Below, piece after piece: positions 29,701 to 43,592 of a DNA stretch of 64,000 nucleotides. Source of the stretch: Octopus vulgaris. Its lineage: Eukaryota. The translations under genes and the position numbers were made by a program. How positions within the stretch are numbered: the stretch's first letter is position 1; every line of letters starts with the position of its first letter. The stretch covers positions 61,938,001 through 62,002,000 of the forward strand of contig OX597826.1 in NCBI GenBank assembly GCA_951406725.2, read 5' to 3'. The notes beneath the pieces were generated by a model that saw nothing but the letters and a program-made list of their open reading frames with translations, made no database searches and was not told the origin of the DNA.

Positions 29701-29776
29701 TAATACTATAGTGAGAGGGAGGCATAGGTCGGGATAGGTATGAAACCCAAGGGATAGATATGAATTACCTAATAGT

Positions 29777-29809
<33 letters not shown>

Positions 29810-29937
29810 TTATAGATACATACACGCACACATACATGCATACATACATACATACATACATGCATACATACACGCATATATATACATACATACATACATA
29901 CATACATACATACATACATGTAAATACATGGATCTAT

Positions 29938-29985
29938 GCTGCTGAAGAGGAGATGACCACTCCGAAATCCATGCATGAATCAGTC
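29938..29985 (+). ncRNA. Hammerhead-like motif just 3' of the Penelope ORF
   Basis: CTGAAGA-GGAG-ATGACCA-CTCC-GAAA-TCCATGCATGA-ATC. Canonical core and stem II, near-palindromic stem III, weak stem I. Confidence 0.6.
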
Positions 29986-30197
29986 TGTGAGCTGACTCGG
30001 GGTATTTATACATATTTTTCTACGGCGTAAACCTTTCCTCACGACAAAATAAAGTGAATAGCTTAATTGCGGGTTCGAAAATGCCTCAAGCATATTTGAA
30101 CTATGAACAAATTTGTATACATACTAAAGATCGTCTACAGCTAAAAATTTTTTCCCTTCCTTAGACTTCATTTATATATAAGTATATATATATATAA

Positions 30198-30288
<91 letters not shown>

Positions 30289-30308
30289 TACATATGTATA
30301 TACACATA

Positions 30309-30346
<38 letters not shown>

Positions 30347-31111
30347 AATTCCCTAACACTCATTCGGTAACATCGCTACGCAACCATCTGCTTTCCTCAC
30401 ACGCATCATTATCAATGTCGTTGTATGTCATTTTAAATATCTTAAGTCCTACTTTTTTTATTAATTATTTTACACATATCAGTATTAATATTTTACAATT
30501 GTATGAATTTGCTATCTCTACCGAGTAACTAGACATTGAACACCGCCTTGCTTTCTGAAGGCTGTGTTTATTGATTCCATATGTTATTTTGCTTCAGATG
30601 CTGCTCATGAGTTAGGGCTTTGATGTTGCAATGATAATAATGCTATTATCATTAGATACTGTTTCCCGAAAATCAGAAAATGCTGCTTGTTTGTTAATGA
30701 AATGGTGTGCCATTGTGTTTAACTTTGGCTAACATTTTCTATTTAATATATATGATACATGTTGAAACAACTAGCTTTGGTTGCTATCCATATCATATTG
30801 TATCCTTATGAAATATCAAACGAAAGATATTTCTAGTCGCACATGTATCGTTAGACCTTTATAAAATGCAGTATTTGTATAGTTAATGTAACAGTAAATG
30901 TTCTCAGTTTACAACTGTTAATCTGGCGTGAATGTATTCATTGGCACATCGGTTGTCTGAATCTGACTAAATAAAAACTGCAGTAGCAGACACCAACGAC
31001 TAGAAGCTCATTCACGAAAAATATATTAAAAGTTTTGAAACGTTAATTTAAAGTCTTATAGGAAAGCAAACACAAATAATTAGCAATTACGAAAAATAAT
31101 GACATATTTTT

Positions 31112-31194
<83 letters not shown>

Positions 31195-31322
31195 CCTATC
31201 CATCCATCCATCCATCCCTCCATCCATCCATCCATCCATCTATCTATCTATCCATCTATATATCTCTCTCTCTGTCTGTCTATCTATCTACCTGTTTGTC
31301 AGTCTGTCTGTGTGTCTGTCTG

Positions 31323-31396
<74 letters not shown>

Positions 31397-31483
31397 CATC
31401 CATCCATCCATCCATCCATCCATCCATCCATCCATTTAGCTAGCTATTTATTTGCTCAGTCCTCCCTCTCTGTGTCTCTGACA

Positions 31484-31590
<107 letters not shown>

Positions 31591-33289
31591 TGCGTGTGTG
31601 TGTGTGTGTCAGCGCGTGTATTTTATATAAGCACACATACGTACATCCAGTCAAACATACATATACATATATAGATGAGGTGAGACAACTTGTGACACTG
31701 ACAATTACAATGCGAACTTCCATTTCTTTACTTGTCTTAAACATTGGATCAACTCGTGCAGAAGATATAAATGATTTCACTGATCATTTCTGTACCTCAA
31801 TAATTCTGTCATGCTATGGGCAAAAACATTTGGCGTAGACAGGTCAAACAATCGCAACAGTTATCTTTTCAAATCATGCTTCAGTTAATTTCAACTTTCA
31901 ATTTCTTCCTTATCAAATTATATTTACAAGCTTAAAACTACTTTAGGTGATGTGACACATATTTCGACCCATAAATATATCGTACTTGTTTCTATATTTC
32001 TCTCCACATCTATTGTAAATCTTAAGAAATGTTTGAAATTTATTCCTGAATAAAAGTATAAATATGGAAAGCATAAATCAATCAATCTTCTGTGTATTGG
32101 ACTCGAAAATTCGAAATTTAATAATCTTTTTTTTTTTTAAATTATTATTCCACATTTCCACCATTTACTATATTAGTGTTTCATTTTATTTCCCTCTGAT
32201 ATCTGTCTCATTTGTTATTTTTTTCTTGTTAATGATGAATGTACATATTTCTCTGTCTAATACATACCACAGTTCTTATTATCTGCCAATATAATTCGAA
32301 TGGCTGCCAACTCTATTAATATGGCTGCCATCGTCGACAAAACAGGTTACAACCTCTTTCAAAAATGATCGTCAGATCCATTGGAAAATGGCTGGTAATA
32401 CTAAAATATACAATCATATATAAATAAAAAGGCCAATATGATCTTCGAAGCGGGGCTGTCAAATCTACCAAAGGTCTTTTATAGAAAACTAATTAGCATC
32501 TGACATGTCTGAACGCTAGTATTTTAATTTAAAGCTTGACTATCCCATCATTCCAAATACACATTGACTAGGCAACAACGAACAAGTTCTTAAGACACAT
32601 TATTTAGGAAGGATTTTTTTTTCTTTAATTTGATGTAACTCGTGGTCAGAACATGACATCAATATCTTAGACAGAATTACAGTCCAACAAATAGGTACAT
32701 CCATCATGCCTTCTCGTATTCATCTGTTCTGGAATGTTCCCGCTAGCATCATCACAACCAACAATATCAGCAGAATTTATCATTGTGGATAAAGAAAAAT
32801 TCTGAAGGTGATGTAGATAATGCGGATGTGCTTAGATCAAATACTAATACATAAGGTTTGTAAGAACCATTGTAGTTACAGCAGGTTTTTAATAATCTTT
32901 ACATTTTACTCGTAACGAATTAAGCTTACGTCAAACATCATTTGTCCTTCGAACGTTATTGAATAGGTCAACCTATTCACTCTATACCCACGAAGACGAC
33001 GATGATGACGATTGTCATTACCATGATGATAAAGTGAGTGGCTATGTTGGTAGGGATGAGGATTATTACAAAGAGTTCTTCTATACGAAAATGGCAATAC
33101 TTGTACGGGTGTGACACAATTATTTCGATATGTCAATGTAATTGATTGACCCATTTCTCCAAAATTCTAATCCTTGTACCTCTAATAGAAATTATTATTA
33201 TTAATATTATATAGTTGTAGTTATTGCCATAATCATTGCAAGAACTTTTACACCAGTACATTTCGTACTATTATTACCATTATTATTTA

Positions 33290-33700
33290 AAATGTCGCAG
33301 AGTATCCAATATCGTGATGTAGTTGGTTGAAAATATTGTCTGGTGGGGCACCATCTGTCAAATCCAAACAAGGGCCTCAGACAGACAGTCCTTTACGCAA
33401 TATGCGTGCAGTTCCAAGTAATGCCGACTTTTGCAATACATCTAGACTGTAGGGTATTTCTAGAGTTTCCGGATGTTTTCTCAGATTCCATTGTGTTAAT
33501 CCAAGTGCTCCAATGACAATAAGGATAACCTTTATATTGGAATCTCGTAGCTACCACATCTTAGCGATCTCATTCCTCAGGTCTCCATATTTATCAACCG
33601 TTTCCCTTTCTTTCATGATCCCCTGGCACTGCCACGTCAATTATTAGGCACTCTCGTTAGTCCCCCTTAAAGGTTATTATATCCGGCCTTATTTGTCTGG
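33290..33700 (-). mobile_element. R4/Dong-type (restriction-like endonuclease) non-LTR 3' end
   Basis: RPDII..CLIIDVAVPGD..KYGDLRNEIAKMW..IVIGALG..LQKSALLGTARILRK. Confidence 0.88.
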
Positions 33701-34063
33701 AAATCAAAGTCCCAGAGGATTTTTGCTTTCCCTTTTCGTCCATTACCTTTTCCGGTGTATGTTGGTACCAAGCACCCATAATCTCGGACTACTTTGTCGT
33801 GTCTATGCTCTACTCTTTCCGCGCAAGACTTTCACAAGCACTAACAATGTGAGTCACACTTTCGACCCTCTTCCCACACATTCTGCACCGTTGTACTTGT
33901 GTGGTATATATTCTTTTTCACTGAGTTGGTAATTAATGCCTGGTCCTTTCGGACTTGTTAAAATAAGTGTCAATGAAACTCTGGGTTCAATGTAATCGAC
34001 TCATCCCCTCCCCGAAATCGCTGTCCTTGTGGCAAAATTTGAAACCATTATTATTATTATTAA

Positions 34064-34203
34064 AGTGGTGAGCTGGCAGAATCGTTAGCACACTGGGCAA
34101 TATATGCCTAGCAGTATTTCGCCCATCACTACCGTCTGCGTTCAAGTTCTACCGAGGTGGACTTTGCCTTTCACCATTTCGTGGTTGATGAAATAAGTAC
34201 CAG
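34064..34203 (+). mobile_element. SINE family A, 3'-truncated and degenerate
   Basis: GTGAGCTGGCAGAATCGTTAGCAC..GACTTTGCCTTTCA..AAATAAGTACCAG. Confidence 0.8.
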
Positions 34204-35388
34204 ATAACCTATTCGTCTCTTTTTATTATATTTTTACGCCACGATTAGCGTTCCATTCATTATTGGATACTTTTGGATAGCATTGCAGTTATGGATTACC
34301 ACACATCAATGAACATTGCTTGCTTCATCGATACATTCCGTGCTATGATAAGGCATTACTTAATTGTATATATACACATATATCTTGGGTTGGATTCGAA
34401 GTTATTTCAGCCAACGATTTAATGCACTCTTAAACAGTAAGGAAAACAAAAACCATTGCTAAAAGCACGTGTCACAGTTCATAGGGAAGTGTTACGTTTA
34501 TACAAAAGCAAGAACTTAGGTAAATGCCTTTGAAAACCTTTTAATATTTTGGGACACACAAAAGGTGATGTAAACTAACATTGTTCGTTATTTAATTATC
34601 TATGCCATATCAAATATTTCATTCAGTCTGTTCTCTCCATCTCTCTATTTTCTCTTTGTACTTTTATATAATTTTCGTTCTCTGCTTGCACATTGTTAAG
34701 CTTAACATTATTTTCGTTGTGTACTTAATATCTATTTTTCTGTTTGCCTTCATTTTGTTCTTTTCAAAAGTATTTTCGCTTTCTGCATTGTTCTTAATAG
34801 TAATCATAGCTAAGCATTTCCTTTTGATTTTCTGCTTTTTGTTATATTTTTACTTTCGATTATTTTATATTCTTTATATTGCAAATTTAATTAAATTCAT
34901 GCAATCTCCTTTCTTTGTATCTTTTTTTTTATTTCCCTTCCTCTATATCTTCCGCTTTCTGTTTCTCATGTAGTTAGCACGAATTTGCACACGTTCCAAC
35001 TGTTCTTCACAACGGGGTGTGTTATATATACACGTAATCTTCCATTTGTTCTGCGCTTTCCCTCCTAGATTCTACATTACGAGCTCAGTCCATGCTAATA
35101 TTTAGCATTTCTTTTCATTGAAACCAATAAACTTTAAACTGCCCCTTGTTTGTCTCTTTTCACATTCTTCCCTCTTTCCTTTACCTTATTGTCTGCGTTA
35201 TATATAAAACCCAATAAATACTTTTAGCAAATAAATTTCGTTGCAGAGGTTATATAAACAGAGAATGCTCACAAATCTAACTCAGAGAAGACATAGCCAG
35301 AAAATAACATTTGAAACTTAAAACAGTTAATTGGAAGAAATCTGTTTTCTCCAAAACTATGCCAGAGTGAATAATTTCTCCCCAATAA

Positions 35389-37567
35389 CATTGATTTACA
35401 GAGAAATTGAGACAAGCATAAAAATAGTTGCTCTAGCCTAATTTTGGGGCACTGATTTCAGATACAGAACCAGTTTTTACTCATCACCCCTAGTTTTTGA
35501 GATATACATTATGATTTTGCGACAATTCACGTAACGATATATTTGATCATTTTTTATTTTGATTTCCAGATTTTTGTGGTACACGTGATACATATCTCTA
35601 CAATGGCTTCAGGCACTTCAAAACACCGAGGATGCATCAACAAGGCAAATTCATTCTGCTAAGTATGGGGGTTTCACGACAGTTGCACAGCGCCGGACAA
35701 TTTCTTTCCTCCTGAGAACTGTTTACTTTCATTATATAGACTGTAAAATTGGAGATCAGGACAAATCCTGAGCTCCACACTTATGTTATAAACCTCGCTT
35801 CAATGAACTAACTGCATGGTTTAACGGCAAAAAAGCAGCCTTCAGCTTTGCTGTCTCGGTGGTCAGGAGAGAGTCAAAGCCATGCAGATGAGTATTAAGT
35901 TTCAATGCTTCTTCTAGAAAAAAGATCAAATAGCCCAATCTTCCCTCAGCTATGATACCTGTTTCCCACTCAGATAATCTCCTTGTCCCTAGACACCCAT
36001 CAAATAATGATATTCTTCCTGCATAAGGTGAATAAATGCCTTCAGGGTAAGATTCTGCCAAGTCGATCTCTTTTGAAGACAATGTTTCTGTTTATTCCGG
36101 ATCAAGTGGCAATGAGACCCACTCGATCACGAAGGAAGACCTGAATTACCTTGCTCATGATTTGTATCTAAGCACCAGTCAGAGCTCCTGGCATTCTAGC
36201 CAAATATATCGTTACGTGAATTGTCGCAAAATGGTAAGCAGTGGTACCTGGTGAAGGCAGATGTAAGGATCACCAGTTTCAGGACACGGAATCACAACTT
36301 TACTTCATTCTTCGACATACAAAACAGGTTGTGCTACTGCACAAATGTCCCTGGTTTGTTCACCTTCCTTGGTTTCCCACACAATCCCACAGAATGGCAT
36401 CTTCTCATAGACTCTTCCAAGCGACGTCTGAAGGCTGTGCTACTGCACAATGGGACTAAATATCCCAGCATCCCCATTGTCTACTCAGTTCATCTGAAGG
36501 AGTGTATATTATATGGACCTCCTTTTGGAAACAGTCAAGTACAACCAGTACCAGTGGAGTCTCTGCGGAGACCTCAAGGTCATTGGGCTACTTATGGGTA
36601 TGCAAGCAGGATTCACAATGTACTGTTGCTTCCTCTGTCTCTGGGATAGTCGGGCTGTGTCCAAGCACTACAAACAAAAGGATTTGGGATCTAGGAGTAT
36701 TTTCATGCCTGCTGAATACAGTGTCCAAGAAAATCCTTCGGTGGACATGATCAAGGTGCTTCTTTCTCTTCTTCATATCAAGCTTGATTTAATAAAGAAT
36801 TTCGTGAAGGCTATGGATAAAAATGGCGCTGCCTTCCAACACTTGTCCCCAGCTCTGATTTCTACTAATCTCATGGAAGGCATCTTCGTCCGAGAGGTGC
36901 TGAAGGATAAGGACTTTGAGGAGCTCCTTACCTTAAAGGAACTGAGAGCATGGGAAGCATGTAAGTCAGTCTGCCATGGCTTCCTTGGTAACACACGGGT
37001 ACTAGATTACCAAGAGTATATCTAGTAGTTGTAACAGACGTATGACGATTGGGATGCCGAATGTTACTCAAAATTCACTTTCTCCCCTCCTACCTCAACT
37101 CTTCCCTCCGAAGCTCGGAGTAGTGAGTGATGAGCATGAACAATGGTTCCACCAAGATGTTACTAAGATGGAGAGCAACTACCAAGGCACGTGGAACTCG
37201 AGCATGATGCAGGGCTTTTGTTGGATGACATCCCGGAAGCGCAGTACACAAGATCGTTGAAAGTAACCCACCCCTAACTGTCTGTTCGAATGATTTGTGT
37301 GTATTGTATTATCCAAGTAATTTAGTTCCATCAATGTTCTGTATCTATGCTGTTTTCTTCTGTAATATGCCTTTATAACAGATGAAATAAACACATATTT
37401 TGAATTTATATGCAATATAATTAAAATGGGATATGTGAAGGCAAAATATTAAAGGTGATAGAGCAAAACCATTCAGAAAATTGAATTCACTACGTCAAAA
37501 TTAGTAAAAAATCCCACCTATTCACATACTTGCCTCAGAGCATAATTTTCGTTTTTGTAAACCAGTG
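35389..37567 (+). mobile_element. Chapaev3-like (CMC superfamily) DNA transposon, full length, pseudogenised
   Basis: Termini CATTG..CAGTG with about 130-bp imperfect TIRs and TAA on both sides. Motifs KIGDQDKS*APH, LIDSSKRRLKAVLLHNG, CGDLKV..CFLCLWDSRA, LHIKL, VSDEHEQWFHQD..YQG. Family name is from motif recall. Confidence 0.82.
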
Positions 37568-37599
37568 TAATCTAACTGTGGAGTCCTAAAAATGATGGA

Positions 37600-38950
37600 T
37601 TCCACATACCTATGGTTTAAATAGATGCGAAAAAGCATGTATGTGTCTATTTTATGCCCTCTCGTCAAGCCACATCTAAACTTATTATACAGTATCGCGG
37701 AAGGTGAAGACTGAAAAAGTGTAGTGACTAAGCCACAAACAATAAACAATTCCCTTCAGTTTCAGAAACAATTCCCTTCAGTTTCAGAAAAGTCAACTTC
37801 GAGCCAAGAATGAATAAGATATCGAGAAAGACAATACAAAAATGAAACAGCTTAACACCACTTCTAAAGGCAAACGTAGAGGTGAAAACACCAGACAAAT
37901 TAAAGCGAAGGTTATTGCTAAAAGATGTAAAAGTGATCAGCACAGGAGAAGTACAATAAATCAGACAAGCTCGAAATACTCAAAAAGTACTAAAATGAAA
38001 AGTAAAGGGCAAAATAACAAAAAGTATTCATTGCCTAAATTTCCTGTAGTGTGTACGGTATGGAGAACCCGGTATAAAGAAATTGGAAAGAAATGCAGCT
38101 TAACATTGGAAAGAACTGCGGCTTTGCTTATATCCAACCCTATCAAAATCGTGCTCAAAGTTATAGCCATTCCTCATAAAACGTACAGTAATAAAGTAAA
38201 ACTCCTCCATTTGAACTGACTGCTCAGGGACTGTAGCATTAACATTATATGTCTCAAAGATAGTAATAGAATACTGCAATAAATAGCATTCAAATTCTAT
38301 TCAGCGTCAAATCATTTGAAAAACTACCCGAATCTTATTCAAAAAGTAATGGTGGAACAGAACTAGCCTCAAAGTCAACTTGTGTAAAACAACGCAATAA
38401 AGCTTAAAGCATTTATGCCAATAACGCCAACTATATGCATTAAATATTCTTCAAGAGGTAGGCCTACATACGCAAATACGTTACTCACGTGGAACTAAAT
38501 AAACAACCTAAATTCAACCAAAATAGAACCTACATAAAATGGACACTCTTAGATGTGAATAAAGAGACAAACGATAACGTAGATTCTCCCATAAAAAAGG
38601 TTAGAGCAAAAAGATAAACCTGTGCTTCGAAAATATAAAAATGAACCTTAAGTCTCTCTGTAATTTTGCAAAGGAATCAATCTGTGTACTTTACAAGACA
38701 GTGACTCTGTCCGAAGGAGATACTTTACTAAATGCAAGCCCTGAAATCAAAGTGAAATACTGAGTTAACATTTCCAAATTATTTAAATATCCCCATTAGG
38801 AGTCATGGAAATAAATAAACCGGATGCGATTTGTGACGGTGCAACCCCATAAAGCGTCAACTACCCATTAGATCAATAGAAATATTATCAATTATAGATG
38901 AAACGAGCTTAAACTTACCAATAAACTATGACGATTTCCTTAAGATACCC
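37600..38950 (+). mobile_element. Highly degenerate Penelope-like remnant
   Basis: Weak similarity of KFPVVCTVWRT..IGKKC and later Cys positions to the Penelope linker seen at 28.3 kb. A CTGAAGA follows at about 38990. Confidence 0.35.
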
Positions 38951-40690
38951 ATAAAGACGGGGATTGTTAATAACATTCTGGCAAAACCGCTGAAGATGTC
39001 TTTTTTTGTTATAGAGTTTCCTTGAAAGGGGTAACAGAAGTAAAGCAGGTGATAAAATTCACAGACTTAATCCTTCGACTTTACACATCAGCTGATTACG
39101 GTCTTAGAAGTAAATTATTGATCACACAGGTTTATTCATGCTTCAGTTACCGTATGATATTCATCTAATTGCCGCAAATGAATATCTTTGAACATATTTA
39201 TAAGACCACCCGTATAAATGGTAGGGTAAAATAAGATAATAATTCAACCGCGGTAATTTACTGGTAATAATTTATCAGCTATTAAAGGATTTGAACTCGG
39301 AACATAAAATCCTTTAATTAAACATAGTGAACTTCATGCTCCCCATATAAAAGAAACAAGCAACTACACCAACGAAAATTGTTCCAGATTAAGTGAAATA
39401 ACAGATACAGTAACAGTAGCAATTCAAAAGATAAGCCCAGTACTACAACCCTTCTCCGAAATAATATACCGGATTGTATATAATGTTATATTAATTCAGT
39501 AAAATATAAAGTGGGATAGGATAAAGAAATAACGATACTCTAATAATCGTGCTACTTAGTTTTGAATCCTGCAAAAGTATACAAAAAATAATAATAAAAT
39601 CTTCATCATTTGTTACCATCGACAATGTTGCCCTAATGATGGACACAGCAATACAACTCCAAGTCATTACGAAATGTTAGTTAAACTACAGAGGTTCTCA
39701 CGATAAAAGTAATAATAATGAACATATAATGAACGTCGTTGGTGGTGATGATGATAGAGTTGGACGTGGTGGTGGTGGTGGTGGTGGTGTTAGTTTGGTA
39801 GCGGTGGAGGTACTTAGCATGATAAATATTATTTGGATATACTCCACGGAAGATCACCCAATTTTCTTTATTTCACCAACTCCAACCTAACAATGATTCC
39901 TCCCTCCTTTTCTCATGCCTTTTCTTTTTCTCCTCCTTTTTTCCTGTACTTCCCCTCCACCCAGTTCTATCACTTTCTTACGCATACACTTTCTTCTCGT
40001 ATCTCCTTAGATTAATTTCCTTAACTCTCAACCACACAGACAATTACAGGCACATACACGCATACACAGCGTCACATGAACACACACAAACACACAGTTA
40101 CACACATAGTCACAAAGATACAGACAAATACAACAGTGCCCAGTCGCTTTTTATTTATAGAGTGCGTAACAAGTATTGTTTCATTAAGATAAACAATCTC
40201 TAATGATTTTATAATCCATTGCAGCTTTTAATTCTTGCATTTTCTATATTTAGTTCCACTGTCACTTTATCAACAGATATCGTCTGCTTGCTTTCGGCTG
40301 TTTCGTAAGCGTAAACGACAAATACACATTGTGATGCGTGTCGTGTGCTTGTATATGTGTTTGTGTATGTGCGTGATTGTGCTTCAGTGTGTGTGTGTGC
40401 GTGTGTGCTTGTGTTATGTGTGTCTGTGTGTGTGCTTGTGTTATGTGTGTCTGTGCACTCGCATGTGCTAGTGAGAGTGAGTGTTGTGCTTGTGTGAATA
40501 AATCTATAAGCATATGTGCGCAGGAACGAACTCCTTCACACACATACACAGACACGCACATATATGTAAATATCTGTACATGAAGAACCACATAATATAC
40601 GCATGTATATATAAATACATACATATGAACACACACACACACACACACACACGTATATATATATATATATGTATATATGTATAAATGCAT

Positions 40691-40731
<41 letters not shown>

Positions 40732-41749
40732 TACTTAAGTATATGTGTATATATATACATGCACATATGTATGTATGTATATATGTATATGTATCTATAT
40801 GTGTGTTTGTGTGTCTGTGTCTGTGTATTTATGTAAGTATGCATGTAACTGGATGAAAGCACATATGTGTATTGCTCAGTGTGAGTTCGAGGGATAAAGG
40901 CATTCAGATAGCAAACATGTTGGAAGAAGACGTAAAATATATTTCTTAGTTCATGTCAACTTCAAATAATGGTTCTAACCCATAAATTATAGACCGGATT
41001 ATTCTTTCATGGCGTTTCCCAGCGGCGAAATATTATTAGAACAAATTGCTTCGGCTATAGTCATTTCACTGCCACTTCTTGATCCTATATATCTCTATTT
41101 AATTTATGATTCATTTCCTTCATCCTGATTTGCTTTATTTATCCTTTCCTTTCTCTTTATCAAGTATTTCCTCTAACCAGTTAGTACACGTTAATCAACG
41201 GATTTATAAATCTTTAAATCGGTCTCAAAGAAAGACTGAAACAGAGTTAGCGCCATGCCGCAGGAATTATGCAACAAAATTTTAGACCGTTTGTTGTCTT
41301 CGCTCTACATCGATGTTCTAAGATCTACCGGTTTCAAAACCCTTCTAAAGATAACGATTCCGAGATATCGGTGCTATCCTCTCAAACATAGGAGAGAATA
41401 AGTTCTGTGGTCAAAGAACAACTGTGATTGATGTTAATCTTGTATAGCAATGATAAATTATCCAATAACCGTTTATATTTAGTCTCGAACACTCATTAAT
41501 ATTTTAACGACTTCTCGGTTACAACTTTTGCGTGAAGTGGTAATAGAGATGTGTTGTCGTAGAGAGGTTGTGCAACAATAGAGACGGTTGAAAATCAAAA
41601 GCGGTCATACCATAAACTCAGTGTATGTGTATGTGTGTGTGTGTGTGTGTGTGTACATGTGTGCGTATGTGTTCTTTTATTTTTTATATGGTTCATCCCT
41701 ATGAGTGTGACCATGCTTGGACACTGCCAGTGTAATCACTTTTTCAATG

Positions 41750-41978
41750 GTCAATCTTATGTGATAGGCTTTTGTTGTGGTAGGGGGTTTAAAACTGATG
41801 CCCTCCTTTGAGCCTCCTGCCTCAGTATTGGTTGATCCGGGACTTTGAATTGCAGGAGGTCAAGTTGTGTCTTGGAAACATCTATCACCACTCCATGGCC
41901 ATTCGTCAGATGCTTTGGCAGGGCGTTAACTATCTGTGGGGCCATTGAGTCCCATACGATTGCAGTACAAGGTCCTCA
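41750..41978 (-). mobile_element. CR1/L2-group LINE C-terminal fragment
   Basis: APQIVNALPKHLTN..SKTQLDLLQFKVPDQP..RRASVLNPL. Confidence 0.7.
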
Positions 41979-41985
41979 ATCTCTG

Positions 41986-42050
<65 letters not shown>

Positions 42051-42084
42051 ATGTGTGTGTGTATGTGCGGGTGTGTGAGTTTGT

Positions 42085-42330
42085 TAAGGTGTAATACTCA
42101 TGAATACAATATCTTGGTTTCGATTCACAGACCGTCATCTGACATGTGACACGTCGTGTACCTTTACAGTTAATGTCAATTTGATTGAGGAACTTAGCTT
42201 ATGTACAGCACAGACATTTGATCACTATAAACAAATCATCTCAATATAAAGAAATCATCTCTGTGTGATTGTTGGAGAAATTGCAGAACGCTCACACGTC
42301 GACTAACGACGCGAGAATCCATATTGTTTG
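42085..42330 (+). mobile_element. Degenerate SINE family B
   Basis: GGTTTCGATTCACAGACCG head, then residual ACACGT..GTACCTTTA and ACGACG tail motifs. Confidence 0.45.
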
Positions 42331-42485
42331 AATCTACTTTACGCTACTTTGATTAAAAAATTAGAGTTGAAGTGTTCCATAGATGAGAATTTGAATCAAA
42401 TTCAAAATGACTGAAGACTAGCATCCTGCTTGAAATACAAGAGTACCAACTAATTTGAATCAAACGGTTTTGATCCATATATATA

Positions 42486-42700
42486 TACTTTATTTAAAAG
42501 CAGCAGAAATATAATAAAAGTTGTTACTCAGAGTTTCACAAACTGTCCGTCTGATGAACGGGAACGTAAAACTCTGAGTAACAGCTTTTATTATATTTCC
42601 GTTGCTTTTCAATAAAGTATTTTTTTTTCTACCTCTGGTATCTGAGTACTCTCTTTTCCACCTTGTTTCACTGTTTCACATTTATGTGCTTACTCCGGTA
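42486..42700 (+). mobile_element. Fold-back hammerhead element (family H), left arm truncated
   Basis: Inverted arms at 42486-42539 and 42566-42619. CTGATGA-ACG-GGAA-CGT-AAAA-CTCTGA-GTA-ACAG at 42551-42584. Reverse complement of 49230-49457. Confidence 0.8.
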
Positions 42701-42773
42701 ATGTGACCGCGTGTGTACCGTTGGCGATTTTTTCCTTCTTTCTTCCCTTCTCTGGATCTTTCCTTCTCCTGTG

Positions 42774-42807
42774 TTTCCGACGAAGTGCTCCGCTCGAAAC
42801 GTTAAAC
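42774..42807 (+). ncRNA. Minimal hammerhead-like motif (CCGACGA variant)
   Basis: GTTT-CCGACGA-A-GTGC-TCC-GCTC-GAAAC-GTT-AAAC with palindromic AACGTT. Lies in a pyrimidine-rich element at 42700-42906. Confidence 0.5.
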
Positions 42808-42905
42808 CCTCCTTCTTTCCTTCTTTCCTGGGCGTCCAATAATACTATATTTATTCCACGTCCTCGCGTTGTTGTGTTTTTTTTGTGCTTTCTTGTTTAG
42901 ATTAA

Positions 42906-42964
<59 letters not shown>

Positions 42965-43324
42965 TATATACATACAGACGCACATACATACACACACACA
43001 CACGCACACACACACATATATATATATATATATGAATAATAAATATTGAAGTCAATAAGAGTTTATTACCAGCAAAAAATCGATCATTATCCCATACAGC
43101 TGCTTCAGTTAAAGCCTATATATAAACCTATATATGGGAGGTTTTATGGATATTAACCTCCCTTTAAAAATATTTGGTACTGAATCAATATTTCCTTGTA
43201 TGATACCATCCTTTCGTGAGGCCAGTATAACCTTTATTTGAATTGTGTCTGTGTGTATATATACATAAATATCCTTTGCAAAAAACATAAATCCGTTGAA
43301 GAAGATGTAGAGCAGATTATATTT

Positions 43325-43363
<39 letters not shown>

Positions 43364-43371
43364 CATATATT

Positions 43372-43406
<35 letters not shown>

Positions 43407-43416
43407 TTCATATATT

Positions 43417-43463
<47 letters not shown>

Positions 43464-43550
43464 GGAAAGTTTACGAAAATAACCAAAAGACGAAGGCAGG
43501 TGGAGTACAAACAAACAAATGTATTAGTGTAGCGCTCAGGAATAGAAAAA

Positions 43551-43592
43551 GTATTTTACGTTTCGAGCCTACGCTCTTCGACAGAAAGATAC
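43551..43592 (-). ncRNA. Minimal hammerhead-like motif (core CTGTCGA)
   Basis: Minus strand GTATCTTT-CTGTCGA-A-GAGC-GTAG-GCTC-GAAAC-GTA-AAATAC. Lies in TA-flanked element 43461-43647, which is related to 42700-42906. Confidence 0.55.

Noticed and set aside
32295-33155. Three ATGGCTG (YY1-like) words and short minus-strand open frames
   Set aside because: No convincing splice pair, promoter context or recognisable protein.
34602-34973. 123-aa hydrophobic ORF (also 3634-4036)
   Set aside because: T-rich low-complexity sequence mimicking membrane proteins.
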